64,000 nucleotides of DNA from an uncultured Gemmatimonadales bacterium (GCA_963701965.1 OY969695.1:4640001-4704000), one strand, 5' to 3'; numbered from the stretch's first letter, positions 9,398 to 19,858 are shown. The notes: generated by a model not told the origin, from the letters alone. Program-made: numbers and translations.

Positions 9398-11202
9398 CCC
9401 GCGAGGAGATCAAGGAGCGCGTGCGCGAGGCCGCCGACATCGTGCAGATCATCGGCGAGTCGGTGCCCCTGCGCCGCGCCGGCGCCACGTTCCGCGGTCC
9501 GTGCCCATTCCACAACGGCAAGGACCGGAATTTCTCGGTGTCCCCGAAGCTCGGTCTCTACAAGTGCTTCGTGTGTCACGAGAGCGGGGATGTGTTCAGC
9601 TTTCTCCAGAAGCGGCTGGGGATGGATTTCCCGTCGGCGCTGCGCGCCGTGGCCGAGAAGTCCGGCGTCGAGCTGCCCCGCCACGACGGTCGCGACACGG
9701 CGCCGGATCCCCGCGAACCAGGCTGGGAGACGTTGGCCGCGGCCGCGGAGCATTTCTCGCGGGTGTTGTGGGACGATCCCGCCGGCGAGCCCGCGCGCGC
9801 GTACCTCGCGTCGCGGCAGGTGGATCGGGCGACGGCCGACCGTTTCGGGCTGGGGTACGCCGCCGACGGCGATCGCGCGCTCACGTATCTGCGCGGACTG
9901 GGGCTCACCGACGATCGGCTGACGGACGCCGGGGTCCTGACCGCGCCCGAGGATGGCCGCAAGCCCGGCGCGCGGTTCTGGCACCGGTTGATGTTTCCGA
10001 TCTTCGATGCCGGGGGCCACATTGTCGGATTCGGGGGACGCGCCCTGGGCACCGCCAAGCCCAAGTATCTCAACTCGCCCGATTCCCCGATCTTCTCGAA
10101 GAGCAAGCTTCTGTACGGCCTGCATTGGGCGAAGCTCGGGATGCGCCGTGAGGGCCAGGCCATCCTGGTCGAAGGCTACTTTGATCTCCTGCGGGTCGTC
10201 GCGGCCGGCATCGAGACGGCGGTGGCTTCGATGGGCACGGCACTGACCGAGGCGCAGGCGCGCCTCCTGGCCCGCTACACGAAGCACGTGTTCATTGCCT
10301 ACGACAGCGACCAACCGGGTCTCCGGGCAACGTTTCGGTCCGCGGACGCGTTGCTCGAGCAGGGCGTTCGTGTCCGTGTCGTCACTTTGCCACCCGGCGA
10401 CGATCCCGACAGCTATGTTGCGGCGCGGGGGAAAGCGGCATTCGAGTCGGAACTCGGCCAGGCCCTCGACGTGTTCGATCGGAAGGTGCAGTTTCTGGAG
10501 CGTGGCGGCTGGTTCGCCGATCTCGATCACAAGCGCCGAGCTATCGACAAGTTGTTGCCCACCATACGCGTAACGTCGGACCCGATCACCCAGCAGCTGT
10601 ACGTGGGGCGGCTGAGTGAGGCGTCGGGCGTGAGCGCCGAGACTTTGTGGCGGGAAGTGGGCGATGGTCCCGAGCCCCTGGCCGACGTCGCGGACCCTCC
10701 GGTGCAGCGGGTCACATTCGGGGCCGCTCTCGTCGAGCCCATCGGCGTCGAGGTCCTGGCCGAGCGGATGCTCGTGCAAAGCGTGCTGGCGGCCCGATCC
10801 CTGGTGGAATCCGTCGCGGCGCGCATCGACGTCTCCGATCTCCGCGACGCCCGATGCCAGGCCATCTTCGTGGCGCTCCGCGCTCAGCCGGACGCGACCC
10901 TCGAGGAGTTGGCCGCCGGGCTGTCGCCCGATGACGTGGCGCTGGTGCAGGAGATGCAGGCCGAAGGCGCGGGTGCCGGCGAAGTGGCGCGCGTCGTCGA
11001 GGACTGTATTCGGGATCTCAAAGTGCGGCGTCTGAAGGAGCGGCTGGTGCAAATCGATCACACGTTCGGCCTCGCCGATGATGCGACGAAGAACGAGCTC
11101 ATGATGGAGAAGAGCCGCTTGACGCGGGCGATCGGCGCGCTCAATGGCCGGGTATTTTCGATGTTCGGCAAGTCAATCCAACGGAGGCGTGGTGCACCCT
11201 GA
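9394..11202 (+). CDS. dnaG: DNA primase
   Basis: CPFH...C..C zinc finger, GFGGR, KYLNSP, VEGYFD, YDSD Toprim. Confidence 0.97.
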   Translation: MTREEIKERVREAADIVQIIGESVPLRRAGATFRGPCPFHNGKDRNFSVSPKLGLYKCFVCHESGDVFSFLQKRLGMDFPSALRAVAEKSGVELPRHDGRDTAPDPREPGWETLAAAAEHFSRVLWDDPAGEPARAYLASRQVDRATADRFGLGYAADGDRALTYLRGLGLTDDRLTDAGVLTAPEDGRKPGARFWHRLMFPIFDAGGHIVGFGGRALGTAKPKYLNSPDSPIFSKSKLLYGLHWAKLGMRREGQAILVEGYFDLLRVVAAGIETAVASMGTALTEAQARLLARYTKHVFIAYDSDQPGLRATFRSADALLEQGVRVRVVTLPPGDDPDSYVAARGKAAFESELGQALDVFDRKVQFLERGGWFADLDHKRRAIDKLLPTIRVTSDPITQQLYVGRLSEASGVSAETLWREVGDGPEPLADVADPPVQRVTFGAALVEPIGVEVLAERMLVQSVLAARSLVESVAARIDVSDLRDARCQAIFVALRAQPDATLEELAAGLSPDDVALVQEMQAEGAGAGEVARVVEDCIRDLKVRRLKERLVQIDHTFGLADDATKNELMMEKSRLTRAIGALNGRVFSMFGKSIQRRRGAP

Positions 11203-11920
11203 TGTGGTGGCGTTGCTCGCCCTGCAGGCGGACGACGCGGCGATCATGGGATTCGAAGAACGGCTGGCGGCGCTGGCGCCGCGGGCCAAGGCGCTGGATG
11301 ATGCCCGGCGGTCGGCGGCCGATGCGTTGGAGCGGGCACGGGCCGCGGTCGAGGAGGAGGAACGGCGTCGCCGCGACCTGCATGCGCGCATCACGCAGCA
11401 CAAACAACTGCACGAGCGCAATCTGGCGCAGCTCGACGCGGTCAAGCGGGTGAAGGAGGCGACGGCGGCAATGTCGCAGGTGGAGCAAGCGCGGCGGATT
11501 CTCGCCGAGGAGGAGAGCGAGCTCGCGGTGCTCACCCGCCGCATCACCGAGTTGTCCACGGCCCGCGACTATCAGGAGAAAGCACTGCACGAGCTCGACG
11601 ATCGGCACGCTGACGATCGGGCCGCGATCACCGCGTCGCGCAGCGAGATCGAGGCGGCCCTCGGCGACGCGCGCGCGGCGCGGTCGGGCAAGGCGGCGAA
11701 CGTCAACCGGCCGCTGCTCGCCAAGTACGACCGCATTCGGTCGGTGCGTAAACAAGGCGCCATCTTCTCGTTGCGCGGGCCATCGTGCGGGAACTGCGAC
11801 ACCAGCGTTCCCATGCAGCGGCGCAACATCATGGCGGCCCGCGGCAACATCGAAGTGTGCGAGACGTGTGGTGTCCTGCTCTATGCCGAGCCGGCGCCAT
11901 CGGAAGAGGGCGTCGCCTAG
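11192..11920 (+). CDS. Coiled-coil protein with C-terminal C4 zinc ribbon
   Basis: Long heptad region, then CGNC...CETC. Confidence 0.85.
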   Translation: MHPDVVALLALQADDAAIMGFEERLAALAPRAKALDDARRSAADALERARAAVEEEERRRRDLHARITQHKQLHERNLAQLDAVKRVKEATAAMSQVEQARRILAEEESELAVLTRRITELSTARDYQEKALHELDDRHADDRAAITASRSEIEAALGDARAARSGKAANVNRPLLAKYDRIRSVRKQGAIFSLRGPSCGNCDTSVPMQRRNIMAARGNIEVCETCGVLLYAEPAPSEEGVA

Positions 11921-11976
11921 ACCGGCGCGTTGCCGCGCGCCTACCAGCCTACCCTCGCGACCGCTAGCTTCCCCGC

Positions 11977-13738
11977 GTGACATCGTCTGCGCGAGGGCGA
12001 CCGACCCGGTGGATCCTACCCGAGTGCGCCGATGACGCCGCGGCGCGGACGCTGGCGGCCGAGCTCCATCTCCCCCTCGCCGTGTGCCAGCTCCTCTGCG
12101 CCCGCGGTTTCGCGGACATCGAAGCCGCCAAGCGCTTCCTTCGTCCCCGCTTCGAGCAGCTGCACGCGCCGTCCCTGATGCGGGATCTCAATGTGGCGGT
12201 CGACCGGGTGGTGCTCGCCATCGAACGGGGCGAGACCATGCTCATCCATGGCGACTATGACGTGGACGGCATGGCCTCAACGTCACTCTTGGTCCGAACG
12301 CTGCGCACTTTCGGCGCTCGCGTCGTCCCGTTTATCCCCCATCGCCTTGCCGATGGGTACGATCTCGGCTCCGCGGGCGTCGCCGCCGCGCGCGACGCGC
12401 GGGCGGCTCTGGTCATCACGGCCGACTGTGGCACCAATGCGCATGCGGCGGTCGATGCTTTGAATGCCGCGGGCATCGACGTCATCATCTCCGACCACCA
12501 CCTGCCCGGTGGCCCGCTGCCGCGCGCCCTCGCCGTGCTCAATCCCAAACGCGACGGTTGCGGGTATCCCGACAAGGACCTGGCCGCCGCGGGCGTCGTG
12601 TTCAAGCTCGCGCTGGCGCTCGCCGCCCGGCTGGGACGATCGACCGGACCGGTCTTCGCGCTGCTCGATCTCGTCGCGCTGGCGACGGTCGCCGATGTCG
12701 CGCCGCTCCGCGGGGAGAATCGCGTCTTCGTCCGCTACGGCCTCCGGCTGTTGGCCGAGACGCAGAACGCCGGCCTGCGGGCTTTGGTGCGTTCGGCGGG
12801 TCTCGAAGGCAAGGCGATCACGGCCGGCCGCGTGGGATTCACCATCGCGCCCCGCTTGAACGCGGTGGGCCGCCTCGATCGCGGGATCAAGGGCGTTGAG
12901 CTGCTCACGACCGAGAATGAAGCGGACGCTCACCGGATCGCCCGCGATCTGGAGGAGCTGAACCGCCGGCGCCAGGAACTGGACCGCGCGACGCTGGACG
13001 AGGCACGCGGCAAGCTCGATGCGACGAACTTCGATACCACCTACGGGATCGTGCTCGCCCAGGAAGGCTGGCACCCGGGGGTCATCGGCATCGTCGCGTC
13101 CCGGCTCGTCGAGGAGACGGGCCGGCCGACCGTGCTCATCGCGCTCGATGGCGAGAGCGGGAAGGGGTCCGGCCGGTCCATTCCCAACTTCGATCTGCAC
13201 GGCGCGCTGGCGGCCTGCGGCGATCTGCTCACCCGCTACGGCGGGCATCGCGCGGCGGCCGGACTGGCCATCGCCCGCGGGAATCTCGACGCGTTCGCGA
13301 CACCGCTTCAACGCCGTGGCGCGCGAGCGCTTGGTCGCCGACGACCTGGCATTGCAGGTGCGCGTGGATCTCGAGGTGTCGATCGACGACGTCACGAACG
13401 ATCTCGAGTCCCTGTTGCGGCACTTCGAGCCGTTTGGCGTCGGCAACCCGGCGCCCGCCCTGCTCGCGCGCGGCGTGCACCTGGCGGCGCCGCCCCGCGC
13501 CATCGCGCAGGACGGGCTTCGCCTGCGACTGGCCTCGGCGATCGGCGAGATTCAGGCGATCGCTTGGAACGCGGCCCATCGCGCCCATGAGCTGACGTTG
13601 AGCCAACCAGTCGACGTCGTGTTTCGCGTCGAGCGGGACGAGTGGCAGGGGGCGAGTCGCCTCCAGGCGAAGGTGACCGATTTCCGAGAGGAGGAGCGCC
13701 CCTGCGCATCGTCGCCGGCGAATGGCGGGGGCGCGTGA
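11977..13738 (+). CDS. recJ: ssDNA exonuclease RecJ, +1 frameshift near 13303 (probable sequencing error)
   Basis: GDYDVDG, TADCG, SDHH, GGHRAAAG; continues in the next frame with EPFGVGNPAP. Confidence 0.93.
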
Positions 13739-14232
13739 TCGCCGCGCCACCGGGTGACGCGGTCCGCCCGACGACCGACCGCGTCCGCGAAGCCTGGATG
13801 AGCATCGTGCAACCATTCTTGCCGGGGGCCCGCGTCGTCGACCTGTTTGCGGGGTCCGGCGCCTTGGGGCTCGAAGCGCTCTCCCGCGGGGCCCAGAGCG
13901 CCGAGTTCGTGGAGTCGTCAGCGAAGAGCATCGCCGTCTTGCGGGCGAATATTGCGTTACTCGGCGCGGCCGATCGCGCGACGGTGACCCGCGCCGACGC
14001 GCTCGCTTTTGCGTCGGCGCTTGGCGCGGACGTCTACGATCTGGCGTTCGCCGATCCTCCCTACGAACACGGATTCGCCACGTCGATCGTCGAACGCTGG
14101 CAGTCGGTGCGCTTTGCCAGTGTGCTGGGGATCGAGCATGCGGCGCGCGAAGCGTTGCCGCCGGGCGGCGACCGACGCCGGTACGGCGGATCGGCGATCA
14201 CGTTCTACGGCATGGGGAGGATCCGGGCATGA
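13702..14232 (+). CDS. rsmD: 16S rRNA m2G966 methyltransferase RsmD (probable CTG start)
   Basis: RIVAGEWRGR, RPTTDRVREA, DLFAGSGALGLEALSRGA, DPPY. Confidence 0.93.
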   Translation: MRIVAGEWRGRVIAAPPGDAVRPTTDRVREAWMSIVQPFLPGARVVDLFAGSGALGLEALSRGAQSAEFVESSAKSIAVLRANIALLGAADRATVTRADALAFASALGADVYDLAFADPPYEHGFATSIVERWQSVRFASVLGIEHAAREALPPGGDRRRYGGSAITFYGMGRIRA

Positions 14233-14717
14233 CGTGTACCGCCGTCTATGCGGGCAGCTTCGACCCCATCACCCGCGGCCACGAAGACCTGATGCGGCGG
14301 AGCCTGGAGTTCGTGAACCGCCTGGTCGTCGCCGTGGCCGTGAATTCGTCCAAGCAGCCGCTGTTCACTGTCGACGAGCGCGTCGCCATGATCCGGGCGG
14401 CGGTGGCCGACGAGCCGCGCATCGAAGTCCGGGCTTTTCACGGTCTCCTGGTCGACTTCGCCGCATCGGTCGACGCCCGGACCGTGATCCGCGGATTGCG
14501 GGCGATCAGCGATTTCGAGAACGAGTTTCAGATGGCCTTGATGAATCGCCACTTGTCCGGGCATCTGGAGACGGTGTTCATGATCCCCTCTCTCGATCTC
14601 ACGTACGTCAGCTCCAGCATCGTCCGCGAAGTCGCGCGCTACGGCGGCGACGTCTCGGCGCTGGTCCACCCTCTCGTCGGTGAGGCGTTACGCCGGAAGT
14701 TCGCGACCCCGCGCTGA
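14229..14717 (+). CDS. coaD: Phosphopantetheine adenylyltransferase
   Basis: YAGSFDPITRGH, RGLRAISDFENE, SSSIVRE. Confidence 0.97.
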   Translation: MTCTAVYAGSFDPITRGHEDLMRRSLEFVNRLVVAVAVNSSKQPLFTVDERVAMIRAAVADEPRIEVRAFHGLLVDFAASVDARTVIRGLRAISDFENEFQMALMNRHLSGHLETVFMIPSLDLTYVSSSIVREVARYGGDVSALVHPLVGEALRRKFATPR

Positions 14718-15709
14718 GCGCCGCCGCGTTTCTGGAGGGCGTGCGCGCGCGGGCGGCGCGCGTCGCGCGGACCGTGGTGTTCCCGGAGAGCGCCGATGCC
14801 CGCACGCTGGCCGCGGTCGAGATCCTCGCGGCCGAGCGGATCGTGCGCCCCATTCTGGTGCGCGATCCGGCGAAGCAGGAACGCCCCGACATCCCCGGCA
14901 TCGAGACGGTCGATCCGGCCAGCGATCCGCGGCGCGCCCCCATCGAGGCGTGGCTGGCGGCGTCGCCCAAGGCCGCCCGCCTCTCGGCGGACGAGGTGCG
15001 CACGCTGGCGGCGACGCCATTGTACTTCGCCGACGGCCTGGTCCGGGCAGGCGATGCCGATGCGTGCGTCGCGGGCGCGGTCTACACGACGGCCGAGGTC
15101 ATTCGCGCCGCGCTCCGGATGATCGGGCCGGCCCCGCGGGTCTCCAGTGTGTCCAGTGCGTTCTACATGGTGATCCCCGACGGGCGCGTGCTGACGTTCA
15201 CGGACTGTGCCGTCGTTCCGCTCCCCACCCCCGGTCAGCTGGCCGACAGTGCCGAGGCCGCGGCCGACGACCGGCGCCGCATTGTCGGCGACATCCCTCG
15301 TGTCGCGTTTCTGTCGTATAGCACGAGCGGCAGCGCCGGGGGGAAGTCCGTCGACCGCGTCCAGCGTGCCGTGGCCATGCTCAAGGCGCGGCGGCCGGAC
15401 CTTGCGATCGATGGCGAGATGCAGGCCGATGCCGCGCTCGTTCCCGCGGTCGCCCGGCGCAAGATCCGCGACGGCGGGGTGGTCGGCGGGGCGGCGACCG
15501 TCCTGGTCTTTCCCTCGCTCGATGCGGGAAACATCGCCTATAAGCTGGTCGAGCGCCTGGCGGGAGCGGTGGCCATTGGACCGATTCTGCAAGGATTGGC
15601 CCGACCCTGCTCCGATCTCTCGCGCGGGGCAGGTCCGCATGACATTGTTAATGTGGCCGCGATCACCGTATTGCAGGCCCGAGTCGAACCGCTGGGAGAC
15701 ACTACATGA
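14714..15709 (+). CDS. pta: Phosphate acetyltransferase (short type); start 14714 (CTG) or 14741
   Basis: VVFPES, LSYSTSGS, DGEMQADAA, FPSLDAGNIAYK, GPILQGL, DLSRG. Confidence 0.9.
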   Translation: MSAAAFLEGVRARAARVARTVVFPESADARTLAAVEILAAERIVRPILVRDPAKQERPDIPGIETVDPASDPRRAPIEAWLAASPKAARLSADEVRTLAATPLYFADGLVRAGDADACVAGAVYTTAEVIRAALRMIGPAPRVSSVSSAFYMVIPDGRVLTFTDCAVVPLPTPGQLADSAEAAADDRRRIVGDIPRVAFLSYSTSGSAGGKSVDRVQRAVAMLKARRPDLAIDGEMQADAALVPAVARRKIRDGGVVGGAATVLVFPSLDAGNIAYKLVERLAGAVAIGPILQGLARPCSDLSRGAGPHDIVNVAAITVLQARVEPLGDTT

Positions 15710-16038
15710 GCTTCTCGATCGCGAAGCAGGGAGAGGTCGTTGTGGTCGATGTCGAAGGGCAGTTGATCGTCGGCAACCGCCAGGAGCTGAAACAGAAAGT
15801 CCTGGATGAGTTGGAGAAGGGCGAGCGCAAATTCCTCATCGACTTCACCCGCACCGGGTACATCGACAGCTCCGGCCTCGGCGTGCTGGTCTCGCTGTCC
15901 AAGAAAATCCGCGAGCAGGGTGGCGAGCTGCGGCTGGCCAACCTCAATGATGATCTCAAGACGCTGTTCGAGCTGACCAAACTCGACACGCTGTTTCAGA
16001 TCGCGGACACTCGCGAGCGCGGATTACAGAGCTTTTGA
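15706..16038 (+). CDS. STAS-domain anti-sigma factor antagonist (RsbV/SpoIIAA family)
   Basis: YIDSSGLGVLV phosphorylatable-Ser motif. Confidence 0.93.
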   Translation: MSFSIAKQGEVVVVDVEGQLIVGNRQELKQKVLDELEKGERKFLIDFTRTGYIDSSGLGVLVSLSKKIREQGGELRLANLNDDLKTLFELTKLDTLFQIADTRERGLQSF

Positions 16039-16042
16039 CCCC

Positions 16043-16486
16043 ATGAGTCGTCCCCGGGATCGACTCGACTCCATGCGCGTTGTGATCGAGTTGGAGGTCC
16101 CGAACGATGTCCGGAATATCGAAGGGATCGTGGAGCTCGTGAGTCGTCAGATTCGCGAGCTCGACTTCCCGGCTCGCGCCTGCTCGCTCAACGTGCCCGT
16201 GGCGCTGAGCGAGGCGCTGTCGAATGCCATGCTGCGCGGCAACGGGGACAACAGCGCGAAGCACGTGCGTGTGCGAGCGCTCGTCGACCAATTGGCGCTG
16301 GTGCTGGAGGTCTCGGACGAGGGCGGAGGATTCGACCTCGAGCGGTGCATGCGCGATCCGACGACCCCGGAGAACGTGGCCCGCGAAGATGGTCGCGGGC
16401 TCTTCCTGATGTACCGCTTGATGGATCGCGTTGAACGGTACACGGACGGCGGCAACGTGGTGCGGCTGACGCTGAACCGGCTGTGA
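16043..16486 (+). CDS. Anti-sigma factor / Ser kinase (RsbW family HATPase)
   Basis: ALSEALSNAM, DEGGGF, GRGLFLM..LMD. Confidence 0.9.
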   Translation: MSRPRDRLDSMRVVIELEVPNDVRNIEGIVELVSRQIRELDFPARACSLNVPVALSEALSNAMLRGNGDNSAKHVRVRALVDQLALVLEVSDEGGGFDLERCMRDPTTPENVAREDGRGLFLMYRLMDRVERYTDGGNVVRLTLNRL

Positions 16487-18087
16487 GAGAGCAGGACCTC
16501 GACATCGTCCTCGGGGCGTTCTACGACGCGACGGGTTGCTCCGCCGCCGTATGGACGCAGCCCGACGCGGGCAAGCCGTTGGTCCTCCTGGCTGCGGCGC
16601 CCACGGCGGCTCCGGTCGCGCCCCCCGCCGACGTGATGCCGCTGGGCCCCGACACGGTCACCCTGGCGTCCTCCGATGGACTTCTGCTCGTCGCCCGCAT
16701 GACATTGGCGAAACGCGGGTGGCTCGTGGTCGGACCGGCGGCGTCGGCCGATGTCCCGCTCGATCGACTGTTCCGCTTCCTCTCGCCCGTCGTGTCGCAG
16801 GTGCTCAAGACCGGCCAGGAGGCCGAACAAGCCGCCGTCGAGCTCGCCGAGCGATACGAGGAGATCAATCTCCTGTACACGATCAGCGAGATCCTGGGTC
16901 GCACGGTACGCTTGGAAGAGGCAGCGGCGACGATTCTCAAGGAGATCTCGGAGACGGTCGGCGCGCGCCGCGCGTCGATTCTGGTGCACGATCGCGTGAC
17001 GGACACCCTGCAGGTGGTCGCGGCGATCGGCGCGCGGGCCGAGGACGCGCCACCCATCGCGCTCGACGATCCCTGCAGCATCTCGGCGCGCGTCTTCCGC
17101 TCGCGGCACTCGCTGATTGTCGATGGCGATGACCTGCCCTGCGATGCGGAGGCCCTCTACCGGCGCGGGACGATGTTGTCGGTCCCGATCATGTGGACCG
17201 CGCCCGATGGCGGCGAGCCGCTCGGTGTCGTCAACCTCTCCGACCGCGCGTCCGGCCATCCCTTTAGCGCCGGCGACCAGAAGCTGGTCGCCGCGATCGC
17301 CACGCAGATCGGCACCGCGATCCAGAACACGCGCCTGGTGCGCGCGTCGCTCAATCAACAAAAGCTGGTACAGGAGATGCAGCTCGCCCACGATCTGCAG
17401 ATGCGGCTCCTGCCGCCCGTTGGCGTCGTGGCGCCCGAGGCCGACGTCGCGGCCCGGGTGTCGCCCGCCGAGAGTGTGGGCGGGGATTTCTACAATCTCT
17501 TTCGCCTGGGGCAGGAAATGACCGGCGCGATGGTCGGCGACGTGTCGAGCCATGGGTATCGCGCGGCGCTCATCATGGCGCTGGCCATGAGCGCGTCGGC
17601 GATTCATGCCCAGCGGACCACCGATCCCAGCCAGGCGCTGCGCTCGTTGCTCCTGTCGCTACGCGACGAGCTCGATAGCACCGAGATGTTCATCACGGTG
17701 TTCTACGGGGTGGTCGATCGCATGCGCGGCGAGTTGCGCTATGCCAATGCCGGGCATCCCCACGCCTTCATCGTGCGGGGCGATGGAGAAACCGAGCGCT
17801 TGCCGGCGCTCGATCCGCCCCTCGGCATGGGTGGCGACGCGCCCGCCGGGGCGACGCGACCGTGGAAGCCGCAGGAGGATCTGCTGGTCCTCTTCACGGA
17901 CGGCGTCAGCGACGCGCGCAACCGTGCCGACGCGCGCCTCGGCGAACAGGCGGTGCTCGACACCGTGCGCGAGCACCGGGAGCGCGCGCCGACCGAGATC
18001 GTCGACCGCATTCTGGAGCGCGTCGCCGCCCACATGGGCGACGTCCCATCGCGCGACGATCTCACGCTCGTCGTGCTGCGCAGTTGA
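16483..18087 (+). CDS. GAF + SpoIIE (PP2C) phosphatase (RsbU-like)
   Basis: GAF region, VGGDFY, GDVSSHG, NAGHP, FTDGV, DDLT. Confidence 0.92.
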   Translation: MREQDLDIVLGAFYDATGCSAAVWTQPDAGKPLVLLAAAPTAAPVAPPADVMPLGPDTVTLASSDGLLLVARMTLAKRGWLVVGPAASADVPLDRLFRFLSPVVSQVLKTGQEAEQAAVELAERYEEINLLYTISEILGRTVRLEEAAATILKEISETVGARRASILVHDRVTDTLQVVAAIGARAEDAPPIALDDPCSISARVFRSRHSLIVDGDDLPCDAEALYRRGTMLSVPIMWTAPDGGEPLGVVNLSDRASGHPFSAGDQKLVAAIATQIGTAIQNTRLVRASLNQQKLVQEMQLAHDLQMRLLPPVGVVAPEADVAARVSPAESVGGDFYNLFRLGQEMTGAMVGDVSSHGYRAALIMALAMSASAIHAQRTTDPSQALRSLLLSLRDELDSTEMFITVFYGVVDRMRGELRYANAGHPHAFIVRGDGETERLPALDPPLGMGGDAPAGATRPWKPQEDLLVLFTDGVSDARNRADARLGEQAVLDTVREHRERAPTEIVDRILERVAAHMGDVPSRDDLTLVVLRS

Positions 18088-18890
18088 ACGGCGGCGGGTT
18101 TCCCCGGCCGCGCAAACGACTGGGGCAGCATTTTCTCACTGACGCCAGCGTCCTCGCCCGCATCGCGGATGCCCTGGCCGTCGTGTCTACGGACACGGTC
18201 GTCGAGATCGGTCCCGGTCGCGGGGCATTGACCGCGCTCCTGCTCCAACGCGCTGCGCGCGTGGTCGCCATCGAGTTGGATCGGGACCTCGTCGCGCTCC
18301 TGCGCGACCGGTTCGCGGCCGATACCAGGCTGACTGTCGTCGAGCGCGATGTGCTCGACGTGCCGCTCGCCGGCGCAGCCGGCAGTGATGATTTCGTTCT
18401 GGCGGGCAACGTCCCGTATTACATCACGACCCCAATTCTCTTTCACGCGCTGGACCCGCCGCTGCCCCGGCGGGCGGTGTTTCTCGTGCAGCGCGAGGTC
18501 GCCGAGCGGGCGGTCTCACCGCCCGGGTCGAAGGTGTACGGCGCCCTGTCGGTGAACCTCCAGGCCCTGGCCACGCCGGAACTGGTCGCGATCGTCCCGC
18601 CGCGCGCTTTCTCCCCCCCGCCGCGCGTGGAGTCGGCGATCCTGTTGGTGACGCCCCGTGCGGACCCTGTGATCGCGCTCGCCGATCAGGCCAAGTTCTC
18701 GGCGTTCGTGATCGCCGCCTTCGGCTTGCGGCGCAAGCAAATGCGCCGGGTCGTGCGCACGCTCACCGCGCGGACGCCGGATGACGCCGACCGGGTGCTA
18801 CGCACCGCCGGGATCGATCCGGAAGCCCGCCCGGAGACCCTGAGCGACGCCCGGTTCGCGGCGCTCTTTCACGCGCTCGCGGGTCGGTGA
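18084..18890 (+). CDS. rsmA: 16S rRNA dimethyladenosine transferase
   Basis: KRLGQHFL, EIGPGRG, GNVPYYIT, FSPPPRVES; TTG start overlaps the upstream stop. Confidence 0.96.
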   Translation: MNGGGFPRPRKRLGQHFLTDASVLARIADALAVVSTDTVVEIGPGRGALTALLLQRAARVVAIELDRDLVALLRDRFAADTRLTVVERDVLDVPLAGAAGSDDFVLAGNVPYYITTPILFHALDPPLPRRAVFLVQREVAERAVSPPGSKVYGALSVNLQALATPELVAIVPPRAFSPPPRVESAILLVTPRADPVIALADQAKFSAFVIAAFGLRRKQMRRVVRTLTARTPDDADRVLRTAGIDPEARPETLSDARFAALFHALAGR

Positions 18891-19516
18891 GCCAGGGCAT
18901 AGGAGAGGACCTCCAACTCCGCCGCCATGTTCACCGCGCGGAGGATCACGTTGGCGGGGACGTGGAGCTGGACCGGCGCGAAGTTCAGGATGCCCCGAAT
19001 GCCGGCGCCGACCACGGCATCGGCGGTGTCCTGGGCGCTGCCGGCCGGCACGGCGAGCACGGCGATGTCGGGCAACGCCTTCGCGCAATCGGCCGCGAGT
19101 GACGCAATGTCGCGGACCGGGTGCCCGTCCCACCGGGTGCCGATCTTGGCCGGGTTGTTGTCGTACACGGCGGTGACGCGGAACCCGCGGTTGCCGAATC
19201 CCGAGTACTGGGCCAGCGCCGACCCGATCTTGCCGGCGCCGACGATAACGACCCGCCACTCGCGCCCGAGTCCCAAAATCTCCCGAAGCCGCGAGACGAG
19301 CTCGGGCACGGGATATCCCAGCCCGCGCTTACCGAACGATCCGAAAAACGACAAGTCTTTCCGGACCTGAGCCGATGTCGTGCCGCCGAGACCGGCCAGC
19401 GTCTCGCTCGAGATGGTCGCCAGGCCGCGCCCCCCGGCGTCCTCGAGGTAGCGCAAGTAGAGCGAGAGGCGGCGGACTGTTGAGTCCGCAATGCGTCGAT
19501 TTGCGGTTCTGGCCAT
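18869..19516 (-). CDS. rex: Redox-sensing transcriptional repressor Rex
   Basis: TVRRLSLYLRYL, QVRKDLSFFGSFGKRGLGY, GAGKIG, ILNFAP. Confidence 0.97.
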   Translation of the reverse strand: MARTANRRIADSTVRRLSLYLRYLEDAGGRGLATISSETLAGLGGTTSAQVRKDLSFFGSFGKRGLGYPVPELVSRLREILGLGREWRVVIVGAGKIGSALAQYSGFGNRGFRVTAVYDNNPAKIGTRWDGHPVRDIASLAADCAKALPDIAVLAVPAGSAQDTADAVVGAGIRGILNFAPVQLHVPANVILRAVNMAAELEVLSYALAHRPASA

Positions 19517-19532
19517 GTGAAATAAATCACAA
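19515..19532. promoter_or_regulatory. Rex operator overlapping the rex start codon
   Basis: TTGTGATTTATTTCACAT on the minus strand versus consensus TTGTGAANNNNTTCACAA (2 mismatches). Confidence 0.85.
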
Positions 19533-19585
19533 AGTAGCGCCACGGACGTGACGATACCAGCCAAGAACCGTCCCTCAGATTGAAC

Positions 19586-19858
19586 ATGGAAGACTCACTC
19601 GAGCTGGCGGAGTTACAGCGCGTCTTCGGCGACTGGGCCGGCGTCTTTGGCGGCGGTGACACGGTCACCATCGCCGGCGAACCCCGGGCGGTCAGCTGGC
19701 TGTTCTCGCGGCTGGCGCGGTGCGCCGACGTGATGCCCGCCGCGCTGTGCGCCGTGCTCGATATGGACGACGGCGCGACGTTTGCGCAGGGCATCCGCAA
19801 GGTGCGCGCAAGTCAGCGTCCCCCTCGCCAGGTGCGGAGAACGAAGCATCGCGCGTAG
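19586..19858 (+). CDS. Hypothetical protein divergent from rex
   Basis: ORF with host-like GC3 codon usage; no recognisable motif. Confidence 0.6.
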   Translation: MEDSLELAELQRVFGDWAGVFGGGDTVTIAGEPRAVSWLFSRLARCADVMPAALCAVLDMDDGATFAQGIRKVRASQRPPRQVRRTKHRA

